Source of the DNA: an uncultured Gammaproteobacteria bacterium
Lineage (GTDB): Bacteria > Patescibacteriota > Patescibacteriia > UBA11705
Length of the DNA: 64,000 nt
Direction of reading: 5' to 3'
Assembly: GCA_964592195.1 (NCBI GenBank)
Contig: CAZQEI010000002.1
Span: 13,240-77,239, forward strand
A program made the position numbers and the translations under genes. The notes below the pieces were generated by a model. The model was not told the origin of the DNA. It searched no databases and saw only the letters and a list, made by a program, of their open reading frames with translations. This document shows positions 28,918-39,096 of the stretch, one piece after another. How positions within the stretch are numbered: position 1 is the stretch's first letter; each line of letters opens with the position of its first letter.

Positions 28918-30177
28918 CTAATCCACAATCCTCTTAATATCCGCCCCCACATCCTGCAATCGTTTTTCAATATTGGCATAGCCACGATCGATTTGATAGA
29001 TGTTATCAATCTCAGTCGTACCCTCGGCAATTAACGCCGCTAAGATCATAGCAAAGCCGGCGCGCAAATCCGGGCTGGTTAATCGACGACCAAACAATTG
29101 AGTTGGGCCGGAAACAATCACTCGATGCGGATCGCACATGATTATTTTAGCGCCCATTTGATTCAACATATCTGTGTAAATCATTCTTCCTTCAAAAATA
29201 GTTTCGAAAACCATGGACAAACCTTCAGCTTGAGTTAATAAAACTGTGAACGGTGCTTGGAGATCAGTGGGAAACCCAGGATATTCATGAGTAATAACTT
29301 CCGCCGCTGTATATTTCTTGCCACCAAAAACTTGCACCCAATCAGGTCCCAGTTGATAATTCACTCCCAAACGATCAAACATGGTCCACAATGACTCCAT
29401 GTGATCAGGTCGACAATTGGTGACTTTTAAATCTTCACCACACAAGGCTCCTAAAATCGCAAAACTTCCGGCTTCAATTCGATCAGGAATAACATCGTAT
29501 GTTCCACCACTAATTTTTTCTACACCTTCAATAATTATAGTGTGAGTACCGGCGCCAGTAATTTTCGCACCCATGCGATTTAAATATTCAGCCAAAGCAG
29601 GAATCTCAGGTTCGCAGGCCGCGTTTTTCAAAACTGTCGTTCCCTCGGAAACCACGGCGGTCATCATTAAAGATTCAGTAACTGTAACGGAAATCTTGGG
29701 AAAAATATATGTCATTCCCTTTAAACGCTTTTTAACTTTAAATGTATAACCAGAATCATCATCCTTGACATCCGCCCCCATGCGTTTAAAACCGTCAACG
29801 AATAAATCAATTGGACGTTGACCAATGGCACAGCCACCTGGATGAGGCATTTTCACTTCTCCCAACCGAGCTAACAAAGGACCGACTAATAAAACTGAAA
29901 CTCGAATTTTCTTAACCAAATCCGCATCCAAATCAGCACTTTTCACTTTTTCGGTTTTAACAATGACCGTATCACCTTCTCGTCGAAATTCTGTGCCCAC
30001 AGATTGCATTAATTCCAACAATCGATTCACTTCTTCAATGTTTGGACAATTATTAATCACCACTTCTTGATCAGATAACAAGGAAGCAGCTAGGATTTTC
30101 AACGCCGCATTTTTTGCACCCGACACTTTGATTTCTCCGGATAATTTTTTACCTCCGGTAATGACGAATTTTGACAT
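28918..30177 (-). CDS. murA: UDP-N-acetylglucosamine 1-carboxyvinyltransferase
   Basis: 419 aa with the typical MurA N-terminus MSKFVITGGKKLSGEIKVSGAKNAALKIL. Confidence 0.9.
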   Translation of the reverse strand: MSKFVITGGKKLSGEIKVSGAKNAALKILAASLLSDQEVVINNCPNIEEVNRLLELMQSVGTEFRREGDTVIVKTEKVKSADLDADLVKKIRVSVLLVGPLLARLGEVKMPHPGGCAIGQRPIDLFVDGFKRMGADVKDDDSGYTFKVKKRLKGMTYIFPKISVTVTESLMMTAVVSEGTTVLKNAACEPEIPALAEYLNRMGAKITGAGTHTIIIEGVEKISGGTYDVIPDRIEAGSFAILGALCGEDLKVTNCRPDHMESLWTMFDRLGVNYQLGPDWVQVFGGKKYTAAEVITHEYPGFPTDLQAPFTVLLTQAEGLSMVFETIFEGRMIYTDMLNQMGAKIIMCDPHRVIVSGPTQLFGRRLTSPDLRAGFAMILAALIAEGTTEIDNIYQIDRGYANIEKRLQDVGADIKRIVD

Positions 30178-30188
30178 AGAGATTAAGG

Positions 30189-30341
30189 AAGCGCTGAAAA
30201 ATGTTTATTACAACGAGCCTTTAACAATTTTTCAAACGAAAATCGCTAAAATTGAGGAGGCTTATTGGTAATAAGTTGACGAAATTTTAACGATTTGCAG
30301 TTAAAATTTTAAAGGCGCAGATGAAAAACATTTTTTCAGAG
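30189..30341. repeat. Imperfect nested palindrome of about 150 bp in the murA / PEGA divergent intergenic region
   Basis: Outer arms gctgaaaaatgttt / aaacattttttcag. Inner arms aaatcgctaaaatt / aattttaacgattt. Centre cttatTGGTAataag. About 75% of positions pair. Confidence 0.55.
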
Positions 30342-30465
30342 ATTCCTTTGGTTTAATTCTTCACCATTTTATCATATTTAATGCTAAATATCCAATTACC
30401 GCCCTGCTTCTAGGTTGATTTTTATCCTCATTTATGTTACTCTTTGAGCAATTAATCACCTATTT

Positions 30466-31821
30466 ATGAACATACGCACTAGACGCCTAATTGCCATTGT
30501 TTTCTTCTTAATCTTCATCATTGTCACCCCGACTTTAATCCTCTACACCGCTGGATATCGTTATAATATCAAAAAACAAAAGCTCAATGCTTATGGTTCT
30601 TTAGTAATCAAAACCGAGCCCAGCAATGCCCAGGTCACAGTTTCCGGCTTGGAGAAGGACTACAGTACTCCAGCGCGGATAAACAATCTGAATGAAAATA
30701 GCTATACCATAGACGTCACCAAGGATGGTTATTTCCCTTGGCGAAAAACTTTACCAGTTTTAGTGCAAGAAACCACCTTTGCAGAAGATATTATATTATT
30801 CAAAAATCAAAACCCAACCAAGTACTTTGAATCGCCATTACCTCAATCTAGTTTTCTGCCCAACTCCCAGGACTTTACCTACCTGGTTGAAAACACTCTT
30901 TACTATTTTAATATTGAAAATAAAAAAGCTGATACTTTATTTACCTTTACTAAAGATGAATCCTTGAGTGAATTAAATTGGTCAAAAGATAATAATAATT
31001 TATTAATTCACATCAAAAAGCTAAACAAACCTGATTACTTTGTAGTAATTAATAAAAATTCACCTGCCAATATAATGTATTTGCCTGCCATAGATAAACT
31101 CGCACACCGACATGTACGGTGGAGTCCCACCGACGACGGAATACTTTACACCAACACAAACAACATAATTACCAAACATGAAATTGTGGGAAGTGAAATC
31201 AAAGCTTCCAATATTTACAAGTTCGAAAAAATGTTTGTTAATGATTTTATTGTCAATAACAATGATATATACTTCGTTGCGGAACAAAATGGTAAAAACT
31301 ATATTTCCAAATTAAACATCAAAGATCCGACAATGCGTCAAAATAGAATCGAGTTAACCTCCAACGACTACACAATTGACAATTGGCAAGATCAAATCAT
31401 GGTTTTGTTTAATGAGAATAAAAAGCAATATACATTTCTTCAATCAGACCTGACCGATATCTTGTTACAAAAAAATGACTTGCTCGGTTATAAATTTAAC
31501 ACAAAAAATAACACCCAAGTATTATTATTTGATCAATCGGAAATTACGATAGCTGGCCTTGATCGCGACCATACGGAGACCACAAACATTTATCGTGTGA
31601 GTCAAGGTTTAATCGATGCTTATTGGTACCCGGAGACCAACTACATTCTTTTTAATGAAAATCATCAACTAAAAATAATCGAACTTGATCCGCGAGAAAA
31701 ACGTTTGATCATCACCACTCCGGTAGACAAAATTAATACGTTAACACTCACCAACAATGGCAAACAAGCTTTCATTATTAATCAAGATAACGAATTGTAT
31801 CAACTCGATTTGACTGATTAA
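30466..31821 (+). CDS. PEGA-domain protein (N-terminal TM, extracytoplasmic)
   Basis: SLVIKTEPSNAQVTVSG...YTIDVTKDGYFPWRKTL. Confidence 0.55.
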   Translation: MNIRTRRLIAIVFFLIFIIVTPTLILYTAGYRYNIKKQKLNAYGSLVIKTEPSNAQVTVSGLEKDYSTPARINNLNENSYTIDVTKDGYFPWRKTLPVLVQETTFAEDIILFKNQNPTKYFESPLPQSSFLPNSQDFTYLVENTLYYFNIENKKADTLFTFTKDESLSELNWSKDNNNLLIHIKKLNKPDYFVVINKNSPANIMYLPAIDKLAHRHVRWSPTDDGILYTNTNNIITKHEIVGSEIKASNIYKFEKMFVNDFIVNNNDIYFVAEQNGKNYISKLNIKDPTMRQNRIELTSNDYTIDNWQDQIMVLFNENKKQYTFLQSDLTDILLQKNDLLGYKFNTKNNTQVLLFDQSEITIAGLDRDHTETTNIYRVSQGLIDAYWYPETNYILFNENHQLKIIELDPREKRLIITTPVDKINTLTLTNNGKQAFIINQDNELYQLDLTD

Positions 31822-31826
31822 CTTCA

Positions 31827-31866
31827 AACAAAAACGCCGGACTTAATTCCGGTCGTTTTTTATTTA
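31827..31866. terminator. Bidirectional rho-independent terminator
   Basis: aaaaACGCCGGActtaaTTCCGGTCGTtttttattt. Confidence 0.6.
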
Positions 31867-31876
31867 ACAAATTTCA

Positions 31877-32782
31877 CTAAATGATTGTTGGTTTTTGGTC
31901 ATTTCCGCCGGAGGCGGATCCGCCTTTGGCGGAGGTTATTAACTTTTTATACAATCTACTTACCAACGCGTAGGTCAGCGCAATAGACCAACCTTGAAAT
32001 ACGCACAAGAAAATAACCACTAAGCACACTACTAAAATCAAGAACAGCTGTCCTAGAATCATAACTTTTGCCATCATGGCTAACCAACTGAGGAACATCA
32101 TCACTATAAACAACAAATAGATTCCCACTATTTCTACCATAATAAAACCCACCAACACAAACACGCGACTCAACCAATTCATCAACATTTCTTTCGGTTG
32201 CTGCTTTAGACTCGCCAAGCTGAATTTAAGCGCAGGCCACCAACCGCTCTTGGCATTAATCAAATGATGATAGGCTGGCAATAGAATAATCGACAAGAAA
32301 ATATTATATAATAAAAACGCAATCACACACAAATTTATTATCCAGAGCGACGCATTCATTCTCACGGCCAAAACATCAATCACAATTATTGCCACCGCCG
32401 GGACATACATGAGCAAGGATAAAATTAACAGCTTCCGCCATTGGAACCAACCCGTTTTCAGACTCAGCTTGATTAAAACAGGAGCTCCCGTCTCATTGGT
32501 TTTAATGGAATTAATTAATGCGACACGACAAGAAAATGAAAAAATAATATAAGCCACAAACAACACTATAGAAATAAATGATAAAGCGTAAAACATCCAT
32601 GGCCATTGGCCGACCGGTAACCAGGAAACATTTGAGCTACTAACTAGTGAATCAAATTCATCGGAAAAAAATAAGGAAACCAAACTGATTCCCATAGAAA
32701 ACAAACCCAAAAACCATAATTTTTTATTTTTCCACACTTGATACCACGATGCAACAAAATCTTCTTTCCAATTTGTTAACAT
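31877..32782 (-). CDS. Polytopic membrane protein (301 aa)
   Basis: Multiple TM helices. The last 17 codons read through a REP-like palindrome and encode SAKGGSASGGN. Confidence 0.5.
   Translation of the reverse strand: MLTNWKEDFVASWYQVWKNKKLWFLGLFSMGISLVSLFFSDEFDSLVSSSNVSWLPVGQWPWMFYALSFISIVLFVAYIIFSFSCRVALINSIKTNETGAPVLIKLSLKTGWFQWRKLLILSLLMYVPAVAIIVIDVLAVRMNASLWIINLCVIAFLLYNIFLSIILLPAYHHLINAKSGWWPALKFSLASLKQQPKEMLMNWLSRVFVLVGFIMVEIVGIYLLFIVMMFLSWLAMMAKVMILGQLFLILVVCLVVIFLCVFQGWSIALTYALVSRLYKKLITSAKGGSASGGNDQKPTII
31893..31924. repeat. REP-like palindrome doublet, located inside the 3' end of the CDS
   Basis: ttccgccggaggcgga + tccgcctttggcggag. Confidence 0.6.
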
Positions 32783-32851
32783 AATTTTTATTTTAATTTT
32801 ATCTCTTTTTTTGTTTTCTTGTTTTCTTGCTTTTTTGCTTTCTTTATTTAA

Positions 32852-33601
32852 TTAAACAATAAAATTTTCTTTCTTCGACTCCACTTTATTCATCTTATCC
32901 GCCACCAAGCAGGAAGCACGATGTAAAGATGGAATAGTCCCAGCATCGGTCCACCAACCCTTCAACACATCATAACTCATAGTGCCTTGGTTCACGTAAA
33001 AATTATTTACATCGGTAATTTCCAATTCACCGCGATGAGATGGTTGCAAAGTGCGAATCACACTCCACACTTGGGCGTCATATAAATATAATCCAGTTAC
33101 AGCGTAATTACTTTTTGGCTGGGCTGGTTTTTCCTCAATGCCGACAATTTTATCCCCATTGATTTCCGCCACCCCAAAACGACGGGCATCATCAACAGTT
33201 TTTAACAAAATCTTAGCGCCTTTTTCTTGCGCCTTAAAATTTTCAATCGCGTCCCCAAATTCATCTTCGAAAATATTATCTCCCAAAATTACTGCTACCT
33301 TTTCATAATCAGAAAATTTTTCACACAAACCCAAGGCCTGTGCAATACCACCGGCTTCTTCCTGCACTTCATATGAAATCTTAGCGTTGAATTCTCGTCC
33401 AGAACCTAATAGTTCAACAAAATGGCCGGCATGACCTTTTCCCGAAACAATTATAATATCTTTAATTCCAGCGTTAATCAACGTCATCAAAGGATAATAA
33501 ATCATGGGCTGATGATAAATCGGCAATAAATGTTTGTTTGTGACTTTGGTCATCGGCAAGAGCCGTGTCCCATTCCCCCCAGCGAGAATTATTCCTTTCA
33601 T
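32852..33601 (-). CDS. rfbA: Sugar-1-phosphate nucleotidyltransferase, probably glucose-1-phosphate thymidylyltransferase
   Basis: MKGIILAGGNGTRLLPMT. Confidence 0.65.
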   Translation of the reverse strand: MKGIILAGGNGTRLLPMTKVTNKHLLPIYHQPMIYYPLMTLINAGIKDIIIVSGKGHAGHFVELLGSGREFNAKISYEVQEEAGGIAQALGLCEKFSDYEKVAVILGDNIFEDEFGDAIENFKAQEKGAKILLKTVDDARRFGVAEINGDKIVGIEEKPAQPKSNYAVTGLYLYDAQVWSVIRTLQPSHRGELEITDVNNFYVNQGTMSYDVLKGWWTDAGTIPSLHRASCLVADKMNKVESKKENFIV

Positions 33602-33735
33602 AACATGTTGTGAGATTATAGATTATAGATTAGAGATTATTGTTTTCTACCAATAACGTATCCGCTACGTATCTACGAATTTGAAGACCTGCTTTAATAT
33701 GTTACAATCTTTTAAAAGTTTTTATATTCGTTGAT

Positions 33736-33761
33736 TTCCGCCTGAGGCGGACAGGCGTAGC
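33736..33761. repeat. REP-like palindrome
   Basis: ttccgcctgaggcgga + caggcgtagc. Confidence 0.55.
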
Positions 33762-33785
33762 CAATTTGCCATTCGTAGCGAACAT

Positions 33786-34619
33786 TTATTTTAAATATTC
33801 TTCTAATGCAGACTGCCAGCTCCTCTGCTTCGGCAACTTCGTGTTCAACAATTGCGAATAAGCTGGGCGCGCGGCTGGACGAGGGAAATGAGAACCGGGA
33901 ACTGGAGTTAACTTGATTTCTTTATTCAAAATACGAAATATTTCCTGAGCAAAGTCATGCCATGTGCAAGCGCCTTCGTTCGCACCATGATACAAACCGA
34001 ATGGCAGTTGATTATCAAAAATATATTTGGTTAACTGTGCCAAGTCAGGAGCGTAAGTTGGAGAAGCCACTTCTTCGTGAACTAAAGTTAATTCAGTTTT
34101 TGTTTCTGCTAGTGTTCTCATCACATCGACAAAACTTTTCTTAGCTCCTTCAGAAATCGCCGGTTTACCGAAGATTCTAGACGGACGAATGATATAATAT
34201 TTTCCACCAACAGCGGCGACTGCTTGTTCACCTGCTAATTTGGAACGACCATAATTGGAAATCGGGTGAGTCACATGATTTTCATCATAACCGAATTGAT
34301 TGGAACCATCAAAAACATAGTCAGTCCCGTATTGAATAAAAGTAGTATCCAACTCTTTCGTTACTTGCGCCAAATTCCTCGGACCTTCGTAATTCACTTC
34401 GTAAGCAATTAACGGATTTTTTTCCGCCTCATCGACTGCATTGTAAGCCGCGGAATTGATAACTAAATCTGGATTTACTTCATTTAACTTTTGTCGCACC
34501 ATTTCCCGATTAACAATATCCAATTCCCTTCTGTCCCACAATAATAATTCATTATCTTTAAAAGTTGAAGCCAATTCTTGGCCGAGCATTCCGTGAGCGC
34601 CGATGATTAATATTTTCAT
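33786..34619 (-). CDS. rfbD: dTDP-4-dehydrorhamnose reductase
   Basis: MKILIIGAHGMLGQEL... Confidence 0.75.
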   Translation of the reverse strand: MKILIIGAHGMLGQELASTFKDNELLLWDRRELDIVNREMVRQKLNEVNPDLVINSAAYNAVDEAEKNPLIAYEVNYEGPRNLAQVTKELDTTFIQYGTDYVFDGSNQFGYDENHVTHPISNYGRSKLAGEQAVAAVGGKYYIIRPSRIFGKPAISEGAKKSFVDVMRTLAETKTELTLVHEEVASPTYAPDLAQLTKYIFDNQLPFGLYHGANEGACTWHDFAQEIFRILNKEIKLTPVPGSHFPRPAARPAYSQLLNTKLPKQRSWQSALEEYLK

Positions 34620-34621
34620 AG

Positions 34622-34732
34622 AATTACGAATTTACGAATCAGTTACGAATGTGTACGAATCACTGACTAAAACAATAATTCGAAAAAATTCGCAATATAT
34701 TCGTACATTCGAAATGACTGACTTATCTCGCT
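34622..34732. repeat. Copy B of the 111-bp palindromic octamer-repeat element, 3 nt upstream of the rfbD ATG
   Basis: Differs from 23642..23752 by a single A/T substitution. Confidence 0.8.
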
Positions 34733-34820
34733 TATAAAGATTTTACCAGACCCTCACTGATTGTCAATTTAGTTATCAACTAAAAAAGCGGAGGTTTCTC
34801 CGCTTATTTTACTTTATGTT

Positions 34821-36050
34821 TTATTTATCTTCCCAAAATGGCCAAGGTCCAATCTCACTAGTTGTACCATAAAAATCCAAAACTTCAAAACTAACTCCCG
34901 GTGGCAATTCATTTAAAAATAGACTCATATTCTCTGCCCATTGGAAATACAACATCATCGTCAAATCAAAGGCCGGTAACCAGGCCAACCGAGTAGTTTC
35001 AGGCAAATCCCTAAACATCATTTCTAACTTTTGAGCATAAAGAGCACCCTTTGGAGTGGGTTCAATAACTGCTGATAGAAATCTCGTCCAAGCAGTCAGT
35101 ATTTTTTCTTGACTCAGGACATCAAGAGCTCGAGGCACCTGAGTAGATTGAATAATTTGTTCCAGCCACTGTCTGTATTGATCGCGTAATATCACCATAT
35201 AACCCAAATCATATTTACCGTAAACAGAAGCATTTGATTGGCTCGATGCAAACATTCTCAAATGTTCCACCATAGTGCGACTGCCCTCAGGCTTATCTCT
35301 CAACAAGGGATTCATGTGTTGTTCAAATTCCACATCATAATGACCAATTTCTTCACCAAAATTTTTGTGCGATTTAATCAGCGTATAATAATGACGACCT
35401 ACAAAACAAGGGCCACTAGTATCCAATCTGTCTACCCAACGAGGTAAGTGAATACCAAAGATCGGTTTATCACCATCCATATCCTGGTAAGGTTCAATTA
35501 ACCGAGAAACACCATCTTTTCCTAAAATGGTAATGGGTTTTAAATAGTTCGTATGTGCGGCTACGGCGTATTGAATCAAAATTTTCTCAGCATCATTAAG
35601 TCCAAAAACATATTCAGAAAAAATCAAATCTAATAATAACGATGAAGCTTCGGCATGACGTAAAGTAGTCTCAGTTTCCGAATATCTTTCTACCAAAGCG
35701 CAGCCAACATCATGCAAAGCACCAGCGACGGCTCCAATGAATAAATGCTTAGGATCAATTTCATCTATTTTCTTAACTAACATCATCGCATGACAATAAT
35801 CTCGAATAATATGTCCCAAACTATGACCAGGTTCGATCTCATTTATTGGTAATCCTAATTTGGTCATACTCATACCAACACCGCTAATCACAGCATGGGC
35901 GCGGATTAATGCTTGGAAGCTATCATTCACTTGAACTTGATCAAACAAACGTGGATCAAATTGTCGTCTTAATGCTTGATTTTTTTCGAACGCTTCTGCT
36001 TCCGTTACCGTCAACCGATATTTCAACTTTACCTCCTTGTCCCCCGACAT
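34821..36050 (-). CDS. HD-domain protein (409 aa) embedded in the rhamnose cluster
   Basis: GHSLGHIIRD ... ALHDVG. Confidence 0.5.
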   Translation of the reverse strand: MSGDKEVKLKYRLTVTEAEAFEKNQALRRQFDPRLFDQVQVNDSFQALIRAHAVISGVGMSMTKLGLPINEIEPGHSLGHIIRDYCHAMMLVKKIDEIDPKHLFIGAVAGALHDVGCALVERYSETETTLRHAEASSLLLDLIFSEYVFGLNDAEKILIQYAVAAHTNYLKPITILGKDGVSRLIEPYQDMDGDKPIFGIHLPRWVDRLDTSGPCFVGRHYYTLIKSHKNFGEEIGHYDVEFEQHMNPLLRDKPEGSRTMVEHLRMFASSQSNASVYGKYDLGYMVILRDQYRQWLEQIIQSTQVPRALDVLSQEKILTAWTRFLSAVIEPTPKGALYAQKLEMMFRDLPETTRLAWLPAFDLTMMLYFQWAENMSLFLNELPPGVSFEVLDFYGTTSEIGPWPFWEDK

Positions 36051-36092
36051 TCTGTCGAGTGGTTGTTAACGAACGCTACCTTTCATCACCAC

Positions 36093-37259
36093 TTAAATAT
36101 ATAAACTTCCACTATTGGAATTTACAACAGCTTCATTCTTTCCCTCATTCATATTCAAATTTCCAGGCACCAACCCCTCGCTTCTCGCTTCCATTTTTTC
36201 TCTTCCAGCATCCAGCTTCTCGCTTCCCGCATCCACAACCCTATTCCCAATTCCAACTTTCCCATACTGCTGTTCATAATACTTCTGATATTCCCCACTC
36301 TTCACTCGTGTCCACCACTCAGGATTATTTCTATACCAATCAATGGTTTGCGATAAACCGGTATCAAAATCCATTTGCGGACGCCAACCGAGCTCAGCCA
36401 TAGTTTTATATGGTCGGATGGAATAACGTTTATCATGACCTTTGCGATCAGCTACAAATTCAATCATGTCTTCACCCTGTCCCATTTTTTCAAGAATCTT
36501 GTAAGTAATTTCCTTGTTAGTTTTCTCACTTTGCGCGCCAATGCAATAAGTGTGTCCGGGTTTACCGTAGTGTAAAATTAAATCAATGGCAGAGTTATGA
36601 TCATCCACATGGATCCAATCGCGAATATTCATACCATTACCATACAAGGGAACTTTTTTACCTTGAATTAAATTGGTAATAAATAATGGAATAACTTTTT
36701 CCGGAAATTGATATGGTCCGTAGTTATTGGAACAATTGGAAATGGTAATTGGCAATTGATGGGTGTGCCAATATGCACGCACAATGTGATCTGAAGCCGC
36801 TTTGGAAGCTGAATATGGGCTGCGAGGATCATAGGAAGTATCTTCATGGAAAGGTGATGATTCTTCATGCAAAGATCCAAAAACTTCATCAGTGGAAATA
36901 TGATGGAACCGTTTCACTTTATTTATTCGCGCCGCTTCCAACAAAACAAAAGTCCCCACCACATTGGTGCGGATAAAGGCCTCAGCCTCGAGAATGGAAC
37001 GATCCACATGAGACTCAGCCGCGAAGTGCACCACCCAGTCCACTCCCTGCATGACATGAGTAACGAATTCCAAATTGGATATATCACCTTTGATAAACGA
37101 ATAGTTTGAATTGTTTTCAATGTCTTTTAAATTTTCCAAGTTGCCGGCATAAGTTAATTTATCAAAATTAACAATTTGATAATGCGGATATTTGCGCATC
37201 ATCTGACGAATAAAGTTGGAGCCGATAAAACCTGCTCCGCCGGTAACTAGGATTTTCAT
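36093..37259 (-). CDS. rfbB: dTDP-glucose 4,6-dehydratase with a low-complexity C-terminal extension of about 60 aa
   Basis: MKILVTGGAGFIGSNF. The extension runs through a cgcttctcgcttcc repeat. Confidence 0.8.
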   Translation of the reverse strand: MKILVTGGAGFIGSNFIRQMMRKYPHYQIVNFDKLTYAGNLENLKDIENNSNYSFIKGDISNLEFVTHVMQGVDWVVHFAAESHVDRSILEAEAFIRTNVVGTFVLLEAARINKVKRFHHISTDEVFGSLHEESSPFHEDTSYDPRSPYSASKAASDHIVRAYWHTHQLPITISNCSNNYGPYQFPEKVIPLFITNLIQGKKVPLYGNGMNIRDWIHVDDHNSAIDLILHYGKPGHTYCIGAQSEKTNKEITYKILEKMGQGEDMIEFVADRKGHDKRYSIRPYKTMAELGWRPQMDFDTGLSQTIDWYRNNPEWWTRVKSGEYQKYYEQQYGKVGIGNRVVDAGSEKLDAGREKMEARSEGLVPGNLNMNEGKNEAVVNSNSGSLYI

Positions 37260-37347
37260 ATTTGTTTTGGTTTAGTCTTTAAATCAAGTTAATCTTAAAA
37301 AAAATTGACCCTAAAGTCAATTTATTTATCCCCTGTTTATCCACTTG

Positions 37348-37902
37348 TTAACCATTATTTTGATTACTACGCAAATACTGTTGTAATTTGAAATAAGCGG
37401 CTATGGTGTTGCCGTCATGAATCTCTTCATTTTCAATCATTTTCTCCAATTCAATCAAGTTAACTTTCTGCATAGTTAAAAACTCGGTGTAATCCGGCCT
37501 AGCTTCTTTCTCCACCAATTCTCGCGCTAAAAAGACTTTGCCTTCTTGATTACTTACTCCGCTACAAAAATAGAAACTGCCTATTTCTTCCCAACTGTTG
37601 GCTTCTAAACCAAGTTCTTCCAACAATTCACGTTTGGCTGAAGCTAAAAAATCAGCATCCCCTGTTTCTTGTGATCCCATGGGAATTTCCCACGACATTT
37701 TTTGAATCGGATAACGATATTGGCCGACTAAATAAATTTCATTTTCCGGTGTTAACGCCGCAATCACCACACCAGTAGCACGATCAATATAAGTATATTT
37801 CCCCAACTGCCCAGACGGCATCAGCACATCATCTTGCATTAATCGATACCAAGGATTTTTATGAATTTCTTTGCTACTGACTTTTTCCCAATTTAAATCC
37901 AT
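37348..37902 (-). CDS. NUDIX hydrolase
   Basis: NUDIX box GSQETGDADFLASAKRELLEELG. Confidence 0.65.
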   Translation of the reverse strand: MDLNWEKVSSKEIHKNPWYRLMQDDVLMPSGQLGKYTYIDRATGVVIAALTPENEIYLVGQYRYPIQKMSWEIPMGSQETGDADFLASAKRELLEELGLEANSWEEIGSFYFCSGVSNQEGKVFLARELVEKEARPDYTEFLTMQKVNLIELEKMIENEEIHDGNTIAAYFKLQQYLRSNQNNG

Positions 37903-37904
37903 AT

Positions 37905-38330
37905 CTAGTTCAAATTATTTTTTATTTTCTCCAATAATGTTTGCGCCTCCTCGGTGGTTAACTCTTGTCGTTTAGAAAAATCAATTTGATTACCCAAACC
38001 ATTACTTGGCACCAACCAGACATGGGCATGTGGGACATCTTCTCCAAACACAAATGAACAAACATACTCAGTATTCAAAGCCACTTTCAATGCCTTGGCC
38101 ACTTTACCCACCACTTCATAATATTCACCCAAATTGGTAACATCCCATACCCAACGAAAATGCTCCTTGGGAATGACCAGGGTGTGTCCTTGACTCAATG
38201 GTTTAATATCTAAAAAAGCCAAAAACTTCTCATTTTCAAACACCTTGTAACAAGGTATCTCGCCTGCGGCGATTTTACAAAAAATGCAATTGTCCATATG
38301 TGTTGTCATTGACCATTGATCATGGATCAT
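37905..38330 (-). CDS. HIT-family (histidine triad) hydrolase
   Basis: HAHVWLVP histidine triad. Confidence 0.65.
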   Translation of the reverse strand: MIHDQWSMTTHMDNCIFCKIAAGEIPCYKVFENEKFLAFLDIKPLSQGHTLVIPKEHFRWVWDVTNLGEYYEVVGKVAKALKVALNTEYVCSFVFGEDVPHAHVWLVPSNGLGNQIDFSKRQELTTEEAQTLLEKIKNNLN

Positions 38331-38398
38331 TGATCACGTTAATACTAATTTTTTTGCTTTATTGTTTTTTTGATTTCTTGCTTTCTTACTTCATTCTC

Positions 38399-39022
38399 TC
38401 ACGCACCTAGCCGCAACAAACTCAACATCGCAAACAACACTGCGCCATATAGCAACCATTGACCGACTAATAACGCCCAGGGGAAAATAAAAATTAAACC
38501 CAAGAAAATAAAACCAATCCCAAAAACTTGCAGATTCAATTTTATTTTGCCAAACATATTGGCTTTGAATGACAACTTAATTCCTGTTAAATGAACAATT
38601 ATCCCCATCAAAATCACCAAAGCATCCAGGCCAACTAATATAATGGCTAAATAAAAATTAACCTTCAACAAAAGCACAATCACAGCTGAGGCAATCAAAA
38701 GTTTATCCGCGATAGGATCTAACAATGTTCCCAAATCGGTAATTTGATTTCTCCCTCGAGCCAAGGCTCCATCGAACATGTCGGTTAATGCTAAACAGGC
38801 AAATAAAACCAAAGATCCTAAATGAAACCCTTGCCATAGCAAATACACCATGAACGGTATTCCAATCAATCGGACAATAGTTAAATGGTTTGGTTTGATC
38901 CATTCTGGAATTAACGGAAAAAACAGTTTACAAAAACCATCATAAAAATTTTCTACTTTTTGTTTTCCCTCGATTGTCATATTTGTTTTGTTAATATCTG
39001 GATCCTCTCCTACGAATGACAT
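38399..39022 (-). CDS. CDP-alcohol phosphatidyltransferase
   Basis: DMFDGALARGRNQITDLGTLLDPIADK. Confidence 0.65.
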   Translation of the reverse strand: MSFVGEDPDINKTNMTIEGKQKVENFYDGFCKLFFPLIPEWIKPNHLTIVRLIGIPFMVYLLWQGFHLGSLVLFACLALTDMFDGALARGRNQITDLGTLLDPIADKLLIASAVIVLLLKVNFYLAIILVGLDALVILMGIIVHLTGIKLSFKANMFGKIKLNLQVFGIGFIFLGLIFIFPWALLVGQWLLYGAVLFAMLSLLRLGA

Positions 39023-39027
39023 ATTTG

Positions 39028-39082
39028 CTACGAAACTACGAATATAGCTTTTTCGATACGTAGATTCGTAGCTGATTCGTTA
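39028..39082. promoter_or_regulatory. ACGAAT/ATTCGTA octamer-repeat cluster between the phosphatidyltransferase gene and rfbC
   Basis: ctACGAAacTACGAATatagctttttcgatacgtagATTCGTAgctgATTCGTta. Confidence 0.5.
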
Positions 39083-39096
39083 TTGGTAGTAAACAA

